A stretch of 64,000 nt of DNA from Candidatus Latescibacterota bacterium (GTDB taxonomy: Bacteria > Latescibacterota > UBA2968 > UBA8231), in assembly GCA_965206595.1 (NCBI GenBank), contig OZ242214.1, forward strand, positions 1,984,001-2,048,000. The letters run 5' to 3'. Position numbers and translations under genes: made by a program. Below the pieces are notes generated by a model. It was not told the DNA's origin. It saw only the letters and a program-made list of their open reading frames with translations, and made no database searches. Below are positions 43,311-53,482 of this stretch, piece by piece. The first letter of the stretch is position 1, and each line of letters starts with the position of its first letter.

Positions 43311-43778
43311 TCAGCTCTTATAGATCGCGCAATCGACCAGATCGGGTACATCTTCGATGCGTTGGTACACCTCGCAATTTTGACAATCGCGCTCGAACAC
43401 CTTGATCGAACACCGCAGACACCCCTTCAGCGCTTCGATTCCGCGTGCGGTGCGCTGCCGCATTTCGGTGTAGTGGGCGAGTTTATATTCGATCTCGCGC
43501 TGCTGCGCGTCGAGAAGCTCGATCATCGCCGTGGCCAGCTCGCCCCCGGTCCCGGCCTTGCGTCGCAGGCTGAACATCTCGCCTATGCGATCGAGCTCAA
43601 AGCCGAGGGCTTTCAGACTCTGGATGATCTCGAGACGACGCAACTGCTCGGAGGAGTAGAGCCGGAAGCCACCAATGGTCCGCTCTTGGGGCTCGACCAT
43701 CCCGAGCTCTTCGTAGTAGCGTACCGTGCGGGTCGATACCCCGGCGCGCGCTGCCAGATCGCCGATCCGCATCATCAT
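43311..43778 (-). CDS. MerR-family regulator with C-terminal Cys cluster
   Basis: IGDLAARAGVSTRTVRYYEELG HTH, coiled coil, CLRC-x8-CQNC...C. Confidence 0.9.
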   Translation of the reverse strand: MMMRIGDLAARAGVSTRTVRYYEELGMVEPQERTIGGFRLYSSEQLRRLEIIQSLKALGFELDRIGEMFSLRRKAGTGGELATAMIELLDAQQREIEYKLAHYTEMRQRTARGIEALKGCLRCSIKVFERDCQNCEVYQRIEDVPDLVDCAIYKS

Positions 43779-43836
43779 GCGGGGAAACCCTTGTCCGAGC
43801 TCAACATACCCGGCTGACGTTTTTTTGGTCTTTGGG

Positions 43837-43865
43837 AATGTATCCACCCCCTTTCCGAGTGTCAA
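43837..43865 (-). promoter_or_regulatory. Sigma70-type promoter of the merR-iscA-iscS operon
   Basis: TTGACA-N17-TACATT on the minus strand. Confidence 0.65.
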
Positions 43866-43983
43866 CGAAGCGGCCCTGCCCGCGTTCTTATCGCCATGGC
43901 GTTGTGGCTACCTGAAGCAGGGGAAACATTCGGGCGAGGGGGAACTTTCACGCGCCATACAGGTTATACCGGACCATAAGCTG

Positions 43984-46153
43984 ATGAAACCGCAAAGCCG
44001 CAAGAACGCGCTCCTCCGCGGGCTGATAAGCGGCGCTGGTGGTGCTGTTTGCAACAGGTTGTGCCCTCGTTGGGGGCGGCAACGACGCTCCATCAATTCG
44101 ATCTGGAGGGCCCGGTGGAGAATGCCGAGCGCATCTTCGTCGGCAGGTGCGAAGCCGCCTCAACGCTGAAACTTCACGGCTGATCTGCACGCGGTACGAA
44201 TTCGCCGTTGACGAGATGCTGAAAGGTGAGAAAGCGGACCGCATCGCGTGAACCTGCAAGGCGGTCCATACAGGCGCCCCCGGGGACGGGCCTGATCGCG
44301 GTCACCCGGATCCACTCCGATCCGGAGACCGGGAAGGTCGCCGACGCCGACATCGTCTTCAACGGTCGCGACTTCACTTTCGGGGATGGTGCGCAGCCGG
44401 GTGCCGTCGAGTTGCGCGACGTGGCCGTCCACGAGATAGGCCCCTGCTCGGGCTCGACCACACCCGCATCGAGGGACCGCCGGCGATTCGCCCGACCATG
44501 AATCCATTCTACAACGACGGCGGTCCGGGCGAAGAATTCACCCTCGAAGCAGACGACATCGCCGGGTTTCGATGATGTACCCTGCTCCCACCTTTGCCCT
44601 TTCGACAGGGAACAATCGCCGGCCGAATCACCGATGTCGAAGGCACCCCCGTCTTCGGGTGAGTGCTACGCCACCTTGTCCGGAGCCTTTCCCGAACTCG
44701 GAAACCGCAGCCGGCCCCGCAGGGAGGAATTCCTGCTTTCAGGCCTCCTGCCCGGCAGATATCGCCTGCAGATCGCCCCGCTTTCGGGACGCACCGACGA
44801 GGACAATTTCTCTGGGATTTTTTCCGGGGTCGGCATCGGGTTCCCGCGGGAGTACTACGACCATTTCGATCGCGAGGATCCTGCGACCACCCTATCCGTC
44901 GGCGCCGGGGAGGAGCTGGCCGGAGTGGAAATCACCACCGGATTCAGGCGTCAGGGATACCCCTACATGTGGCCGTTCGCAGAACTCGCCAACACCCCTT
45001 GCCGCGGCCCCTACACGGTGCTTGCCCGCGGTGAAAACGTCGCTGCGGCGGCGCTTTCGGTGCGGGTAGGCAAAAGCGAATACATTGCTGCGGACGCCGT
45101 CCTCATGCTGCCGATGCGACCCTGTAGAACTCTTTTCGAAGCTGAAATTCCAGGCCAGAAGCCCGGCTCTCGAGTTCATTATCAGCCGGAATCCGTCAGT
45201 CCCGGAGGCGGCCATAGAGACCGCAACCCGGGAGGCGACCGGGAGGCGACCCGGATCCGCCCTTGAGAGCGGGGCGGTTCCGTACGGGATCACCGCACTC
45301 GAGGATGTAGTCGCCGTATCCGATCTGCGCCACGATCGCGTTCTGGTTATCGACGGACCCGGAGCCCTGCTGCACTCGGTGCCGGTCGCGGGTCAGCCGC
45401 GCTAAATGGCGCTGAGCGCCGACGTTTCCCGTCTCTACGTGACCGGGCTTAGATCCTCCCTCCTGACCGTCATAGACACCAGGACCTGGCAGGTCTCCAA
45501 CAGGATCGATCTGCAGATCGCAGGCTCCTTCGCAGTCGCGGCCACCCCGGGCGAAAGAAGGATCTACCTGACGCACACGAAGAGGGCGCCCTCATCGTGA
45601 TGGATGCCGAATCGGAGAGCGTCGTCAGGCAGGTGCCGGTAGGGGTCGATCCAAGGGCCGTCTCCTTCTCGCCTTCCGGTGACCGCGTCTTCGTGACCAA
45701 CGCCGGCTCGGGGGAGATCCACGTACTTTCGACCCGCGACGAGACCCTCACTAGCATCTACGAGATCGGTGAGGGAGCGAGAGGGATAGCGGTTTTTCCG
45801 CCCCGGCACTCCATGAGACCAGCACCCATACGGTTGATTCCGCCGGCCTCCCTCCCCGGTTCGGCATCGAAAGGCTCTACTCCAACCCCTTCAACGCCAC
45901 GGTACGGGTCGAGTTCTCACCGGATCGACCAGTAGCTGGCTCCGGTGGTACGTCCCCGGCTGCAGCGCACCTGGAGATATACTGCTTGGGCAGAGCGTGC
46001 GGACCCTCGTCGAATAGGATGCCTCCTGGCAGGCATGTGGTTGCCTGGAACCGGCGGGACGGGGCCGGACTGCCCCTGGCCAGCGGTGTCTATGTCGCCG
46101 TCATGCGATCCGCGTCGGCTACGAGCAGCCGGAAAGTAATTCTTCTCAGGTAG
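43984..46153 (+). pseudogene. Degraded secreted multidomain protein: matrixin (M10) protease + YncE-type beta-propeller + T9SS-like/FlgD C-terminal domain
   Basis: DADIVFNG, HEIG(H)LLGLDH with a 1-bp deletion, MNP..DDIAG; propeller repeats (LYVT, IYLT, VFVTNAGS); NPFNA...WNRRDGAGLPLASGVY...RKVILLR stop; many frameshifts and stops. Confidence 0.8.
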
Positions 46154-46167
46154 CCGGTGTCGGGCCA

Positions 46168-47121
46168 CTAGGAAGTCGCCGGGGCATCCTCGCGGATGAA
46201 ACCCTCGACGCTGAAGTAGCGGAAGCCCGTATCGCAAAAGATGGTCACCAGCCGTTTCCCAGGGCCCAGACTTGCGGCGACTCTCAGGGCTGCCGCGACG
46301 TTTGCGCCCGAGGAGGGTCCGACCAGCAACCCCTCCTCTTTTGCCAATCGCCGGGTGTAGGCGAAAGCCGTCTCGTCCGTCACGCGGACGACCTCGTCTA
46401 TGACGTCCTGCCGCAGGATCGGGGGAACGAAGCCGGCACCGATTCCCTGTATGCCGTGCAAGCCTGGCTCACCTCCTGACAGAACTGGCGAGCGCTCAGG
46501 CTCCACCGCGATTACGCGGACACCCGGGACCTCGCGCTTCAGCACCTCTCCCACCCCCGAGATAGTGCCTCCCGTGCCGACTCCTGCTACGAAGGCGTCG
46601 AGTTGGCCATCGGTCCCTTCGAGAATCTCACGCGCCGTGGTCTCGCGGTGGATTTGCGGGTTCGCGGCGTTGCGGAACTGCTGCGGCATGAAGATTCCCT
46701 CCGGGTTGGCGGCGACCAGCTCTTCCGCCTTGCGTATGGCCCCTGCCATATCTTCCGCGCCCGGGGTAAGGATGATGCGAGCGCCGTACGCAGCCATAAC
46801 CGAAACGCGCTCCCAACTCATGCTGTCCGGCATCGTCAGGATGAGATCGTATCCGAGCGCCGAGGCCGCCATGGCAAGCGCGATCCCGGTGTTGCCGCTC
46901 GTCGGCTCGACGATCGCCATGCTCCTCTTCAGCACTCCCGCTTCCTCGGCGGCCCTGATCATGCTGAGACCGATGCGATCCTTGACACTGCCGCCCGGGT
47001 TGAGGGCTTCAAGCTTCCCGAGGATCTCCGACCCGTTCTCCGGCAAGATCCTGGCCAGCCGGATCATCGGTGTGGCCCCGATGGTGTCGAGGATTGACTT
47101 GGCGGTTGGCAGGGAGATCAA
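46168..47121 (-). CDS. cysK: Cysteine synthase A
   Basis: KLEALNPGGSVKDR, EPTSGNTG, GVGTGGT, IQGIGAG, GPSSGA. Confidence 0.95.
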   Translation of the reverse strand: MISLPTAKSILDTIGATPMIRLARILPENGSEILGKLEALNPGGSVKDRIGLSMIRAAEEAGVLKRSMAIVEPTSGNTGIALAMAASALGYDLILTMPDSMSWERVSVMAAYGARIILTPGAEDMAGAIRKAEELVAANPEGIFMPQQFRNAANPQIHRETTAREILEGTDGQLDAFVAGVGTGGTISGVGEVLKREVPGVRVIAVEPERSPVLSGGEPGLHGIQGIGAGFVPPILRQDVIDEVVRVTDETAFAYTRRLAKEEGLLVGPSSGANVAAALRVAASLGPGKRLVTIFCDTGFRYFSVEGFIREDAPATS

Positions 47122-47165
47122 GAGGAATTTCCGGTAATCGGGATCACTTGGAGCGGGACTCCGGA

Positions 47166-49295
47166 CTATCCCCGCCTCCGCCTGCGGGCCCTGCCCCCGG
47201 AATCGCTCTCCGCGAGTCGCTGTGCGAGGGTCTGGGGGGCTTCAATCGGCGGCGAGCAGACCATCTCCTCGCAGACGTAGGCAGCCTGCAGGCTGTTGGC
47301 ACACTTTCCGGCGAGTAGCGGCACCAGGCGCTCGGCTTCCTCGGGTGTCGAGTCGCCCCCTGCCCGGGATGGCCAACCGCACATCACCTTGTTCGGAAGG
47401 AAATACTCGTAAACAACGGCGGCGAGTGACTGGGGGCCTGCACCCTCGCCGACAACGGCGATCTCGAGAGGGGTCTGCAACGAGAAATCCAACGCGCATC
47501 CCATCTGCGCGAAGGACGTCGGTGATCGCTCCAGGAGCCCTGCAAACGAACCAACCGTGCGAACCCCTTTATCCCACAGCGATTCATCTCCGGTAAGCGC
47601 CCCTAGGCGCATCATCGCCAGGGCGGCCATCGAGTTGCCGGAAGGCGTGGCATTGTCGAAAGGGTTCCTGCTGCGGACGATCAGGTCGGTGGCTCCTGCT
47701 TCCGTGAAGAAAAAAGACGCGCCCTCCGGGTCCCAGAATCGCTCCACCATTTGACCCGTCAGCTCGACTGCCGCCCGCAGCCACCCGGTCTCGTAGGAAG
47801 CCTCGTACAGATCGACGAGACCGTTGATGAAACAGGCGTAGTCGTCCTGGAATCCGCTCCCGCCCGACTTCCCGTCCTTGAAGGAATGCATCAGGGCGCC
47901 GGTGTTCGAGCGCAATTCGGAAAGAATGAAGGTTGCAGCGGCGTCCCCCGAGTCGATGTAGCGCCGGTGACCAAGAACAGCATAAGCCCGCGCCATGGCT
48001 GAAATCATCAGACCGTTCCAGGCGACGACGATCTTGTCGTCACGATCGGGCCGGATGCGCTTCTCCCTTACCGCGAGCAGGCGTTCTCTTCCAAGCGCCA
48101 CCGCGCGCTGTAGTTCATCGACCTCGACCCCGAGTAATGCCCCCAGATCAGCCATTTCCGAGCTGACGTGGAGGATGTTCTTTCCTTCGAAGTTGCCCTC
48201 GGTTGTGACGTCGTAGTAGCGGCAGAAAAGGCGCGCCTGTTCCGCGGGAAGGTGCCCTTCGACTTCATCGCTCGTCCACAGGAAAAACAGGCCTTCCTCC
48301 CCTTCGCTGTCGGCGTCCTGGGTTGCGGAGTACCCGCCTCGGGGCTGCGCCATCTCGCGCAGAACGTAGTCCAGGGTCTCCTCCGCGACTCTGCGGTAAA
48401 GGCCCTTGCGCGTGACCTGGTAGGCTTCGAGGTACGTCACCGCGAGCAGGGCGTTGTCGTAAAGCATTTTCTCGAAGTGCGGAACCAGCCAGCGCTCGTC
48501 CACGGAATAGCGGTGAAAACCACCACCTAGCTGATCGTAGATCCCGCCCCGCGCCATTTTGTCCAAGGTGCGCTCCACCATGTGCAAGGCGTGCTCATTC
48601 CCGCTACGCAGGTAGAAACGCAACATCTGCGAAAGCCCCATGCTGTGGGGGAATTTGGGGGCGCTGCCGAAGCCGCCGAACTCGGAATCGAAGGTCTGAG
48701 CGTGGTGCTCGAATGCGGCGTCCTGCGTAGCGTCGGAAGCTCCCGGCTCGCGACCTCCCCCACCGAGACCTGCAAGGTCGCCTTGCCGCTGAAGGACGGA
48801 CAGCAGACGCCCTGCCTGCTGCTCGATCCGGTCTCTGTGATTGCGGTAGTGGTCGGCCACCGCGGCGATGACCCTGGGGAATCCAGGTTGTCCGTGGCGG
48901 TCCTCGGGAGGGTAGTAGGTCCCTCCATAGAATGGCCGCAAGTCCGGAGTTAGAAAAACCGTCATCGGCCAGCCCCCGCTTCCCGTCATCGCCTGGACCG
49001 CAGCCATGTAGATCTCATCGAGATCCGGTCGCTCTTCGCGGTCGACCTTGATATTGATGAACATGTCGTTCATCAGGGCGGCAATGCGGTCGTTTTCGAA
49101 TGACTCACGCTCCATCACGTGACACCAGTGACATGCCGAATAGCCGATGGAAAGCAGGATGGGGCGGTCAAGGGAACGGGCGGAATCCAGGGCTTCTTCT
49201 CCCCAGGGATACCAGTTTACCGGGTTGCCTGCATGCTGCCGCAGGTAGGGGCTCGTCTCCAGGGCCAAGCGGTTCCGCGTGTCCGGCTCGCTCAT
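47166..49295 (-). CDS. YyaL/SSP411 thioredoxin-domain protein (DUF255)
   Basis: [56 protein letters not shown]. Confidence 0.93.
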   Translation of the reverse strand: MSEPDTRNRLALETSPYLRQHAGNPVNWYPWGEEALDSARSLDRPILLSIGYSACHWCHVMERESFENDRIAALMNDMFINIKVDREERPDLDEIYMAAVQAMTGSGGWPMTVFLTPDLRPFYGGTYYPPEDRHGQPGFPRVIAAVADHYRNHRDRIEQQAGRLLSVLQRQGDLAGLGGGGREPGASDATQDAAFEHHAQTFDSEFGGFGSAPKFPHSMGLSQMLRFYLRSGNEHALHMVERTLDKMARGGIYDQLGGGFHRYSVDERWLVPHFEKMLYDNALLAVTYLEAYQVTRKGLYRRVAEETLDYVLREMAQPRGGYSATQDADSEGEEGLFFLWTSDEVEGHLPAEQARLFCRYYDVTTEGNFEGKNILHVSSEMADLGALLGVEVDELQRAVALGRERLLAVREKRIRPDRDDKIVVAWNGLMISAMARAYAVLGHRRYIDSGDAAATFILSELRSNTGALMHSFKDGKSGGSGFQDDYACFINGLVDLYEASYETGWLRAAVELTGQMVERFWDPEGASFFFTEAGATDLIVRSRNPFDNATPSGNSMAALAMMRLGALTGDESLWDKGVRTVGSFAGLLERSPTSFAQMGCALDFSLQTPLEIAVVGEGAGPQSLAAVVYEYFLPNKVMCGWPSRAGGDSTPEEAERLVPLLAGKCANSLQAAYVCEEMVCSPPIEAPQTLAQRLAESDSGGRARRRRRG

Positions 49296-49504
49296 TGTCT
49301 TTTAAAGGAGATGAAATGATGTAACCGCTTGCTGCAGCAGTAATTCCTGGAATGTAACCTGGTGTCCCCGGGCCGACAATTTGCCAGGTGTTACGCATGA
49401 TACCCAGCGACGTCGCCTGCAGTTCACAGGCCAGAGGCCCCTTCCTTCCGGCTGGTTTGCCGCTACCCCTTGCTCATCAAGGGGTTACGGCGTGCCACGA
49501 ACTT

Positions 49505-49519
49505 TGGCATGGAACGTGC
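49505..49519 (+). promoter_or_regulatory. Putative sigma54 (-24/-12) promoter for the second ssb
   Basis: TGGCATGGAACGTGC vs consensus TGGCACGNNNNTTGC; correct GG-N10-GC spacing; about 55 bp before the ATG. Confidence 0.5.
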
Positions 49520-49575
49520 GGAAGGGGCTGCATCGATCATCCCCCCCAATCCCCGATACCCAGGGAGGTCAGAGC

Positions 49576-50001
49576 ATGTCCGAACTGAGGATGCCCGCTG
49601 TGAACCAGGTCTCCATTGCCGGCAGGCTGGTTCAGGATCCGGAGTACCGTATCACCGACAACGGCAGCGCCAGGCTCAGTGCCCGCATTGCCGTCAACCG
49701 ATCCTACCGCGACCGCGACGGTGAATGGCAGGACGAAGCGTCCTTCTTCAACATAGTCGCATGGCAGAAGCTGGCCGAATTCGGCGCCGAGCGCTTACGT
49801 AAAGGGACTCCCGTGTTCCTGACCGGAAGGCTTCGCAGCCACTCTTGGCGCGACGAAGAAGAGAACCCCCACTCGATCGTCGAGATCCAGTTGCGGAATC
49901 TCCAGATCCTGGAACGCCCCCTTAATTCCGAATCCTTGTCGAGCGTGGAAATCGACCAGGAAGGCGAGGAGGAGCTGGAGCTCGGAGCCGTTGCCGCCTA
50001 G
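49576..50001 (+). CDS. ssb: Second SSB paralog lacking the DDxPF tail
   Basis: NQVSIAGRLVQDPE, IAVNR, W.KLAE, KGTPV..GRL OB-fold; GGAGG RBS. Confidence 0.88.
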   Translation: MSELRMPAVNQVSIAGRLVQDPEYRITDNGSARLSARIAVNRSYRDRDGEWQDEASFFNIVAWQKLAEFGAERLRKGTPVFLTGRLRSHSWRDEEENPHSIVEIQLRNLQILERPLNSESLSSVEIDQEGEEELELGAVAA

Positions 50002-50029
50002 GTAACTTTGCACGTGCCGGGAAACCAAA

Positions 50030-50090
50030 CCAGGGCGGAAGGATTCGTCCTTGCGCCCTGGCGCCCCTACTCGTAAGGAGTCGTAGGGCG
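50030..50090. terminator. Twin hairpins between convergent ssb2 and thiolase
   Basis: CCAGGGCG-G-AAGGA-TTCG-TCCTT-G-CGCCCTGG, then a CGCCC(C)TAC...GTAGGGCG stem; no U-tract. Confidence 0.5.
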
Positions 50091-50189
50091 AGCTTGACCC
50101 CGTGCTAAGGTATGGAGGAGAAACCCTGCGATCGGTAGGATGCGATACCGGAAACCCCCCTCGATGCAAAACGCCCCTCCTCGATGCCT

Positions 50190-51374
50190 TTAGGCCGGGA
50201 TCTCGAACAGCGTGGCTATGCCCATTCCGCCGCCGATGCACAAAGCCGCGATACCACGTCGGGCCCGGCGCCGCACCATCTCGTGAATCAGGGTGACCGC
50301 AATACGGGCCCCACTCGCTCCGACGGCGTGGCCGAGAGCGATCGCTCCTCCGTTGACGTTGACCCGAGCTTCGTCCCAGTCCAGCTCCTTACCTACGGCC
50401 AGGGACTGGGCGGCGAACGCTTCGTTAACCTCGAGCAGGTCGATGTCGTCAAGCGTCAAACCGGTTTTTCCCAACAGCTTGCGAATCGCCGGGGCAGGGC
50501 CGATCCCCATGATTCTCGGGTCGACTCCCGCGGTCGCCGTGGCTCTGGCACAGGCGACGGGAGCTGCCCCCCGGCGCCGGGCGCGGTCGCCCGACATCAA
50601 AAGGAGAGCCGCCGCCCCGTCGTTGATGCCTGAGGAGTTTCCGGCGGTCACGGTGCCGTCGTTTTTAAACGCGGGGCGGAGTTGCCCGAGACGCTCTAGG
50701 CTAGTGTCCTTGCGCGGGTGTTCGTCGACGTCGAACACCGATGGATCCCCCTTGCGCTGTGGCACCATGACCGGGGCGATTTGGTCCGCGAACAGCCCGG
50801 CGGCGTGAGCGCGGTGATAGTTTTCCTGACTCCGCATCGCAAAGCGGTCCTGGTCTTCGCGAGATATCCGGTACTGATCTGCCAGGTTCTCCGCGGTATT
50901 CCCCATGTGGCAATCGTAAAAGCAGTCCCAGAGACCGTCCATTATCATCAGATCGGTCACTTCTCCATGACCGAGACGCTGTCCCCACCGGCTCCCCTGA
51001 AGGCCGTACGGTACTCTGCTCATGTTCTCCGCCCCACCCGCCACCACGACTTCGGCCTCCCCGGTGACGATCGCTTGGGCCCCCAGTGCTATCGATTTCA
51101 GTCCCGAGCCGCAAAGCTTGTTTATGGTCATCGCCGGCACGTCGTAAGGCACGCCCGCTGCGACCGCGGCCTGGCGGGCGACGTTCGGTCCAAGGCCGCC
51201 CTGGTAAATCGTACCCATGATGACCTCGTCGACGTCGGCCGGGTCAGTCTGCCCCCGCGCCAGCACGGCCTGGACAACGGAAGATCCGAGTGATTGCGTA
51301 TCGACCTCGCGCAACGCACCCCCAAAGGTCCCCGTGGCAGTGCGTACGGCGCTGACGACTACAGGGCTTGCCAT
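50190..51374 (-). CDS. Acetyl-CoA C-acetyltransferase (thiolase)
   Basis: NKLCGSG, GGAENMS, TAGNSSGINDGA, NEAFA, GGAIALGH, LCIGGG. Confidence 0.95.
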   Translation of the reverse strand: MASPVVVSAVRTATGTFGGALREVDTQSLGSSVVQAVLARGQTDPADVDEVIMGTIYQGGLGPNVARQAAVAAGVPYDVPAMTINKLCGSGLKSIALGAQAIVTGEAEVVVAGGAENMSRVPYGLQGSRWGQRLGHGEVTDLMIMDGLWDCFYDCHMGNTAENLADQYRISREDQDRFAMRSQENYHRAHAAGLFADQIAPVMVPQRKGDPSVFDVDEHPRKDTSLERLGQLRPAFKNDGTVTAGNSSGINDGAAALLLMSGDRARRRGAAPVACARATATAGVDPRIMGIGPAPAIRKLLGKTGLTLDDIDLLEVNEAFAAQSLAVGKELDWDEARVNVNGGAIALGHAVGASGARIAVTLIHEMVRRRARRGIAALCIGGGMGIATLFEIPA

Positions 51375-51674
51375 GCTCTTCTCCTACCTCACAATAACGG
51401 GGAAAGGTCGCGTTGACCAGATGTAGGTACGATCCTATCTTTTGAAAAATCAACACCATAAGGAACATTCCGAGGGGGAGTGTTGTCCATTTTGAGAAAT
51501 AGATCCTCCTGTAACACGCAGTCCTCAAGCATGATGGCACGGAAGAGGTGCAACCCTGAATTCGGAATGCTCACCGAGCGTTTCAGGTAAGGGGGAACCG
51601 CTCCGACACAGCGATGGGCAACCGACTCTTCGCCCTGATTGGTCGGACCTGACGTTCGGTTTCACTGTTTCTTT

Positions 51675-51750
51675 GGGGCAGTAGCTCAGTTGGGAGAGCG
51701 CGGGCTTTGCAAGCCTGAGGTCGTCGGTTCGATCCCGATCTGCTCCACCA
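51675..51750 (+). tRNA. tRNA-Ala(TGC)
   Basis: GGGGCAG/CTGCTCC stem with G3:U70, anticodon loop TTTGCAA, TTCGATC T-loop, CCA. Confidence 0.97.
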
Positions 51751-51793
51751 GCCTTGCTCACGGACATTGGCCGAGGGTGTGGGTTCACACTCT

Positions 51794-52666
51794 CTACCGG
51801 GCATAAATCACGATTATGCTGACGACGAGCCAGAGTAGAATCGCGGCCTGAAGCGGTCGGTCCCGCCACACTACTTCCTCTGGTTCTGCTCCTTCCTCCC
51901 TGCGGTAAACCAGGAACAGGTATCTCAGGACACCGTAGAGCACGAACGGAATGGTCCACTGCATGTTTCGGTCCGCCTGCCCCGGTTCTTCGCCTACTCC
52001 CATTGCGTACAGGGCGTAACAAATCAAAGTCGCAGACGTAAAAATGGAGATCACCTGATCGAGAAACGGAAGGGAGTATTCCCGCAGTGTGGCGCGGTGC
52101 CGCTCGGCTCTCCCCCGCAGATGCACCATCTCCTGCCGGCGTTTGATAGTAGAAACAAACAAGGTGACCGCGAACGCGCAGAGTATGAACCAGGTCGAGA
52201 TGTGCACGTCGATCACAACCGCCCCTCCCAGGGCTCGCAGGAGATAGCCCGAGGCGACGCACAGCACGTCTAGCAGTACGACGTGCTTGAGGCGGACGGA
52301 ATAGGCGACGTTCAGGACCGTGTAGACCACAGTCACCCATCCGAAATCGCGATCGAGCAGGAAGGCGCAACCTCCACCCCCCGCGATCAGGAGGACGCTG
52401 GAGACAATGGCAGCCGGGACGGGCAGCGCTCCGGATGCGAGCGGCCTTTTCGATTTGAGAGGGTGATGCCGATCCTGTTCGAGGTCCAGCAGATCGTTGA
52501 CCAGGTAGATGCCGCCGCTCAAAGCCCAGAAACAGAGAAAAGCTCCGAGGGCGCGACTGGCGAACGACCATTCCAGCAGATGTTCGGAGAAGACCAGAGC
52601 GGGAAAGACGAACAGGTTCTTCAGCCACTGGCGAGGACGCGTAGACAACAACAGGTCAACAAGCAT
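51794..52666 (-). CDS. UbiA-family prenyltransferase, decaprenyl-phosphate phosphoribosyltransferase-like
   Basis: RPRQWLKN, YLVNDLLD..QDRHHP.K..RPLASG, KRRQE, YGVLRY. Confidence 0.88.
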   Translation of the reverse strand: MLVDLLLSTRPRQWLKNLFVFPALVFSEHLLEWSFASRALGAFLCFWALSGGIYLVNDLLDLEQDRHHPLKSKRPLASGALPVPAAIVSSVLLIAGGGGCAFLLDRDFGWVTVVYTVLNVAYSVRLKHVVLLDVLCVASGYLLRALGGAVVIDVHISTWFILCAFAVTLFVSTIKRRQEMVHLRGRAERHRATLREYSLPFLDQVISIFTSATLICYALYAMGVGEEPGQADRNMQWTIPFVLYGVLRYLFLVYRREEGAEPEEVVWRDRPLQAAILLWLVVSIIVIYAR

Positions 52667-52883
52667 ACTGCAGTCGCGGCAGCCAGGGGCCCGTCAGGGA
52701 CGGATTGATGAAGAAGGCAGCCGAGGTGCCCTCAACCGCTTTGATCCCCTGCTTTCAAGCGGGTTCTTCGAAGGCAATCGGGAAGTTCGGGGCCGGAATG
52801 TCTGGAGTAGTACAAAATTCCAAGACCCGGGGAACCAACGCACGTATATAGCGGTTTTGGGTTCGCCTGAATACATCCGGCCA

Positions 52884-53444
52884 CTACACTTCCATTATCT
52901 CTTTCGCCTTCGACTCGATAATCTCATCCACCTGTTTAATGAAATCGTCGGTGAGCTTCTGGATATGATCTTGTGCAGAGCGGGCTTGGTCTTCGCCAAT
53001 GTCCCCGTCCTTCTTGGCTGCATCGACGAGGTCGAGACCATCGCGGCGGCCGTGTCTAACCGCCACTCGCCCTTCCTCCGCCCGGTTGCGGGCAACCTTG
53101 GTCAATTCGATACGGCGCTCACCGGTCAGCTCCGGGATAGGCAGGCGAATGAGGACACCGTCGTTCGATGGATTCAGCCCCAGGTTCTTATCGGCGAGAA
53201 TGGCCTTTTCGATGTCGGGTATCAGATTCGGTTCGTACGGACGCACTAAAACCAGCCTGGGCTCCGGGATGCTGATGACGGCCAGTTGGTTCAGGGGAGT
53301 GGGTGTGCCGTAGTAGTCAATACGGATGCCGTCGAGCAGGGAAGCCGACGCCCTGCCGGTGCGAATTCCGGCAAGTTCGCGCTTCAGAGCATCTATGGAG
53401 TTGCTCATCTGTCGCCGAACTTCCTCGTAGATCTCCTCCAACAT
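52884..53444 (-). CDS. frr: Ribosome recycling factor
   Basis: IRTGRA, DYYG, LGLNP.NDG..IR..IPELT.ERR, KEIMEV. Confidence 0.97.
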   Translation of the reverse strand: MLEEIYEEVRRQMSNSIDALKRELAGIRTGRASASLLDGIRIDYYGTPTPLNQLAVISIPEPRLVLVRPYEPNLIPDIEKAILADKNLGLNPSNDGVLIRLPIPELTGERRIELTKVARNRAEEGRVAVRHGRRDGLDLVDAAKKDGDIGEDQARSAQDHIQKLTDDFIKQVDEIIESKAKEIMEV

Positions 53445-53482
53445 GATTGCCTCCAGCGAGGACCGGGTCCCGACAGATCGAT

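Noticed and set aside
52790-52882. GGCCGGAATGT...ACATCCGGCC stem after frr as an ncRNA
   Set aside because: Single modest stem; could be a terminator or chance pairing in GC-rich DNA
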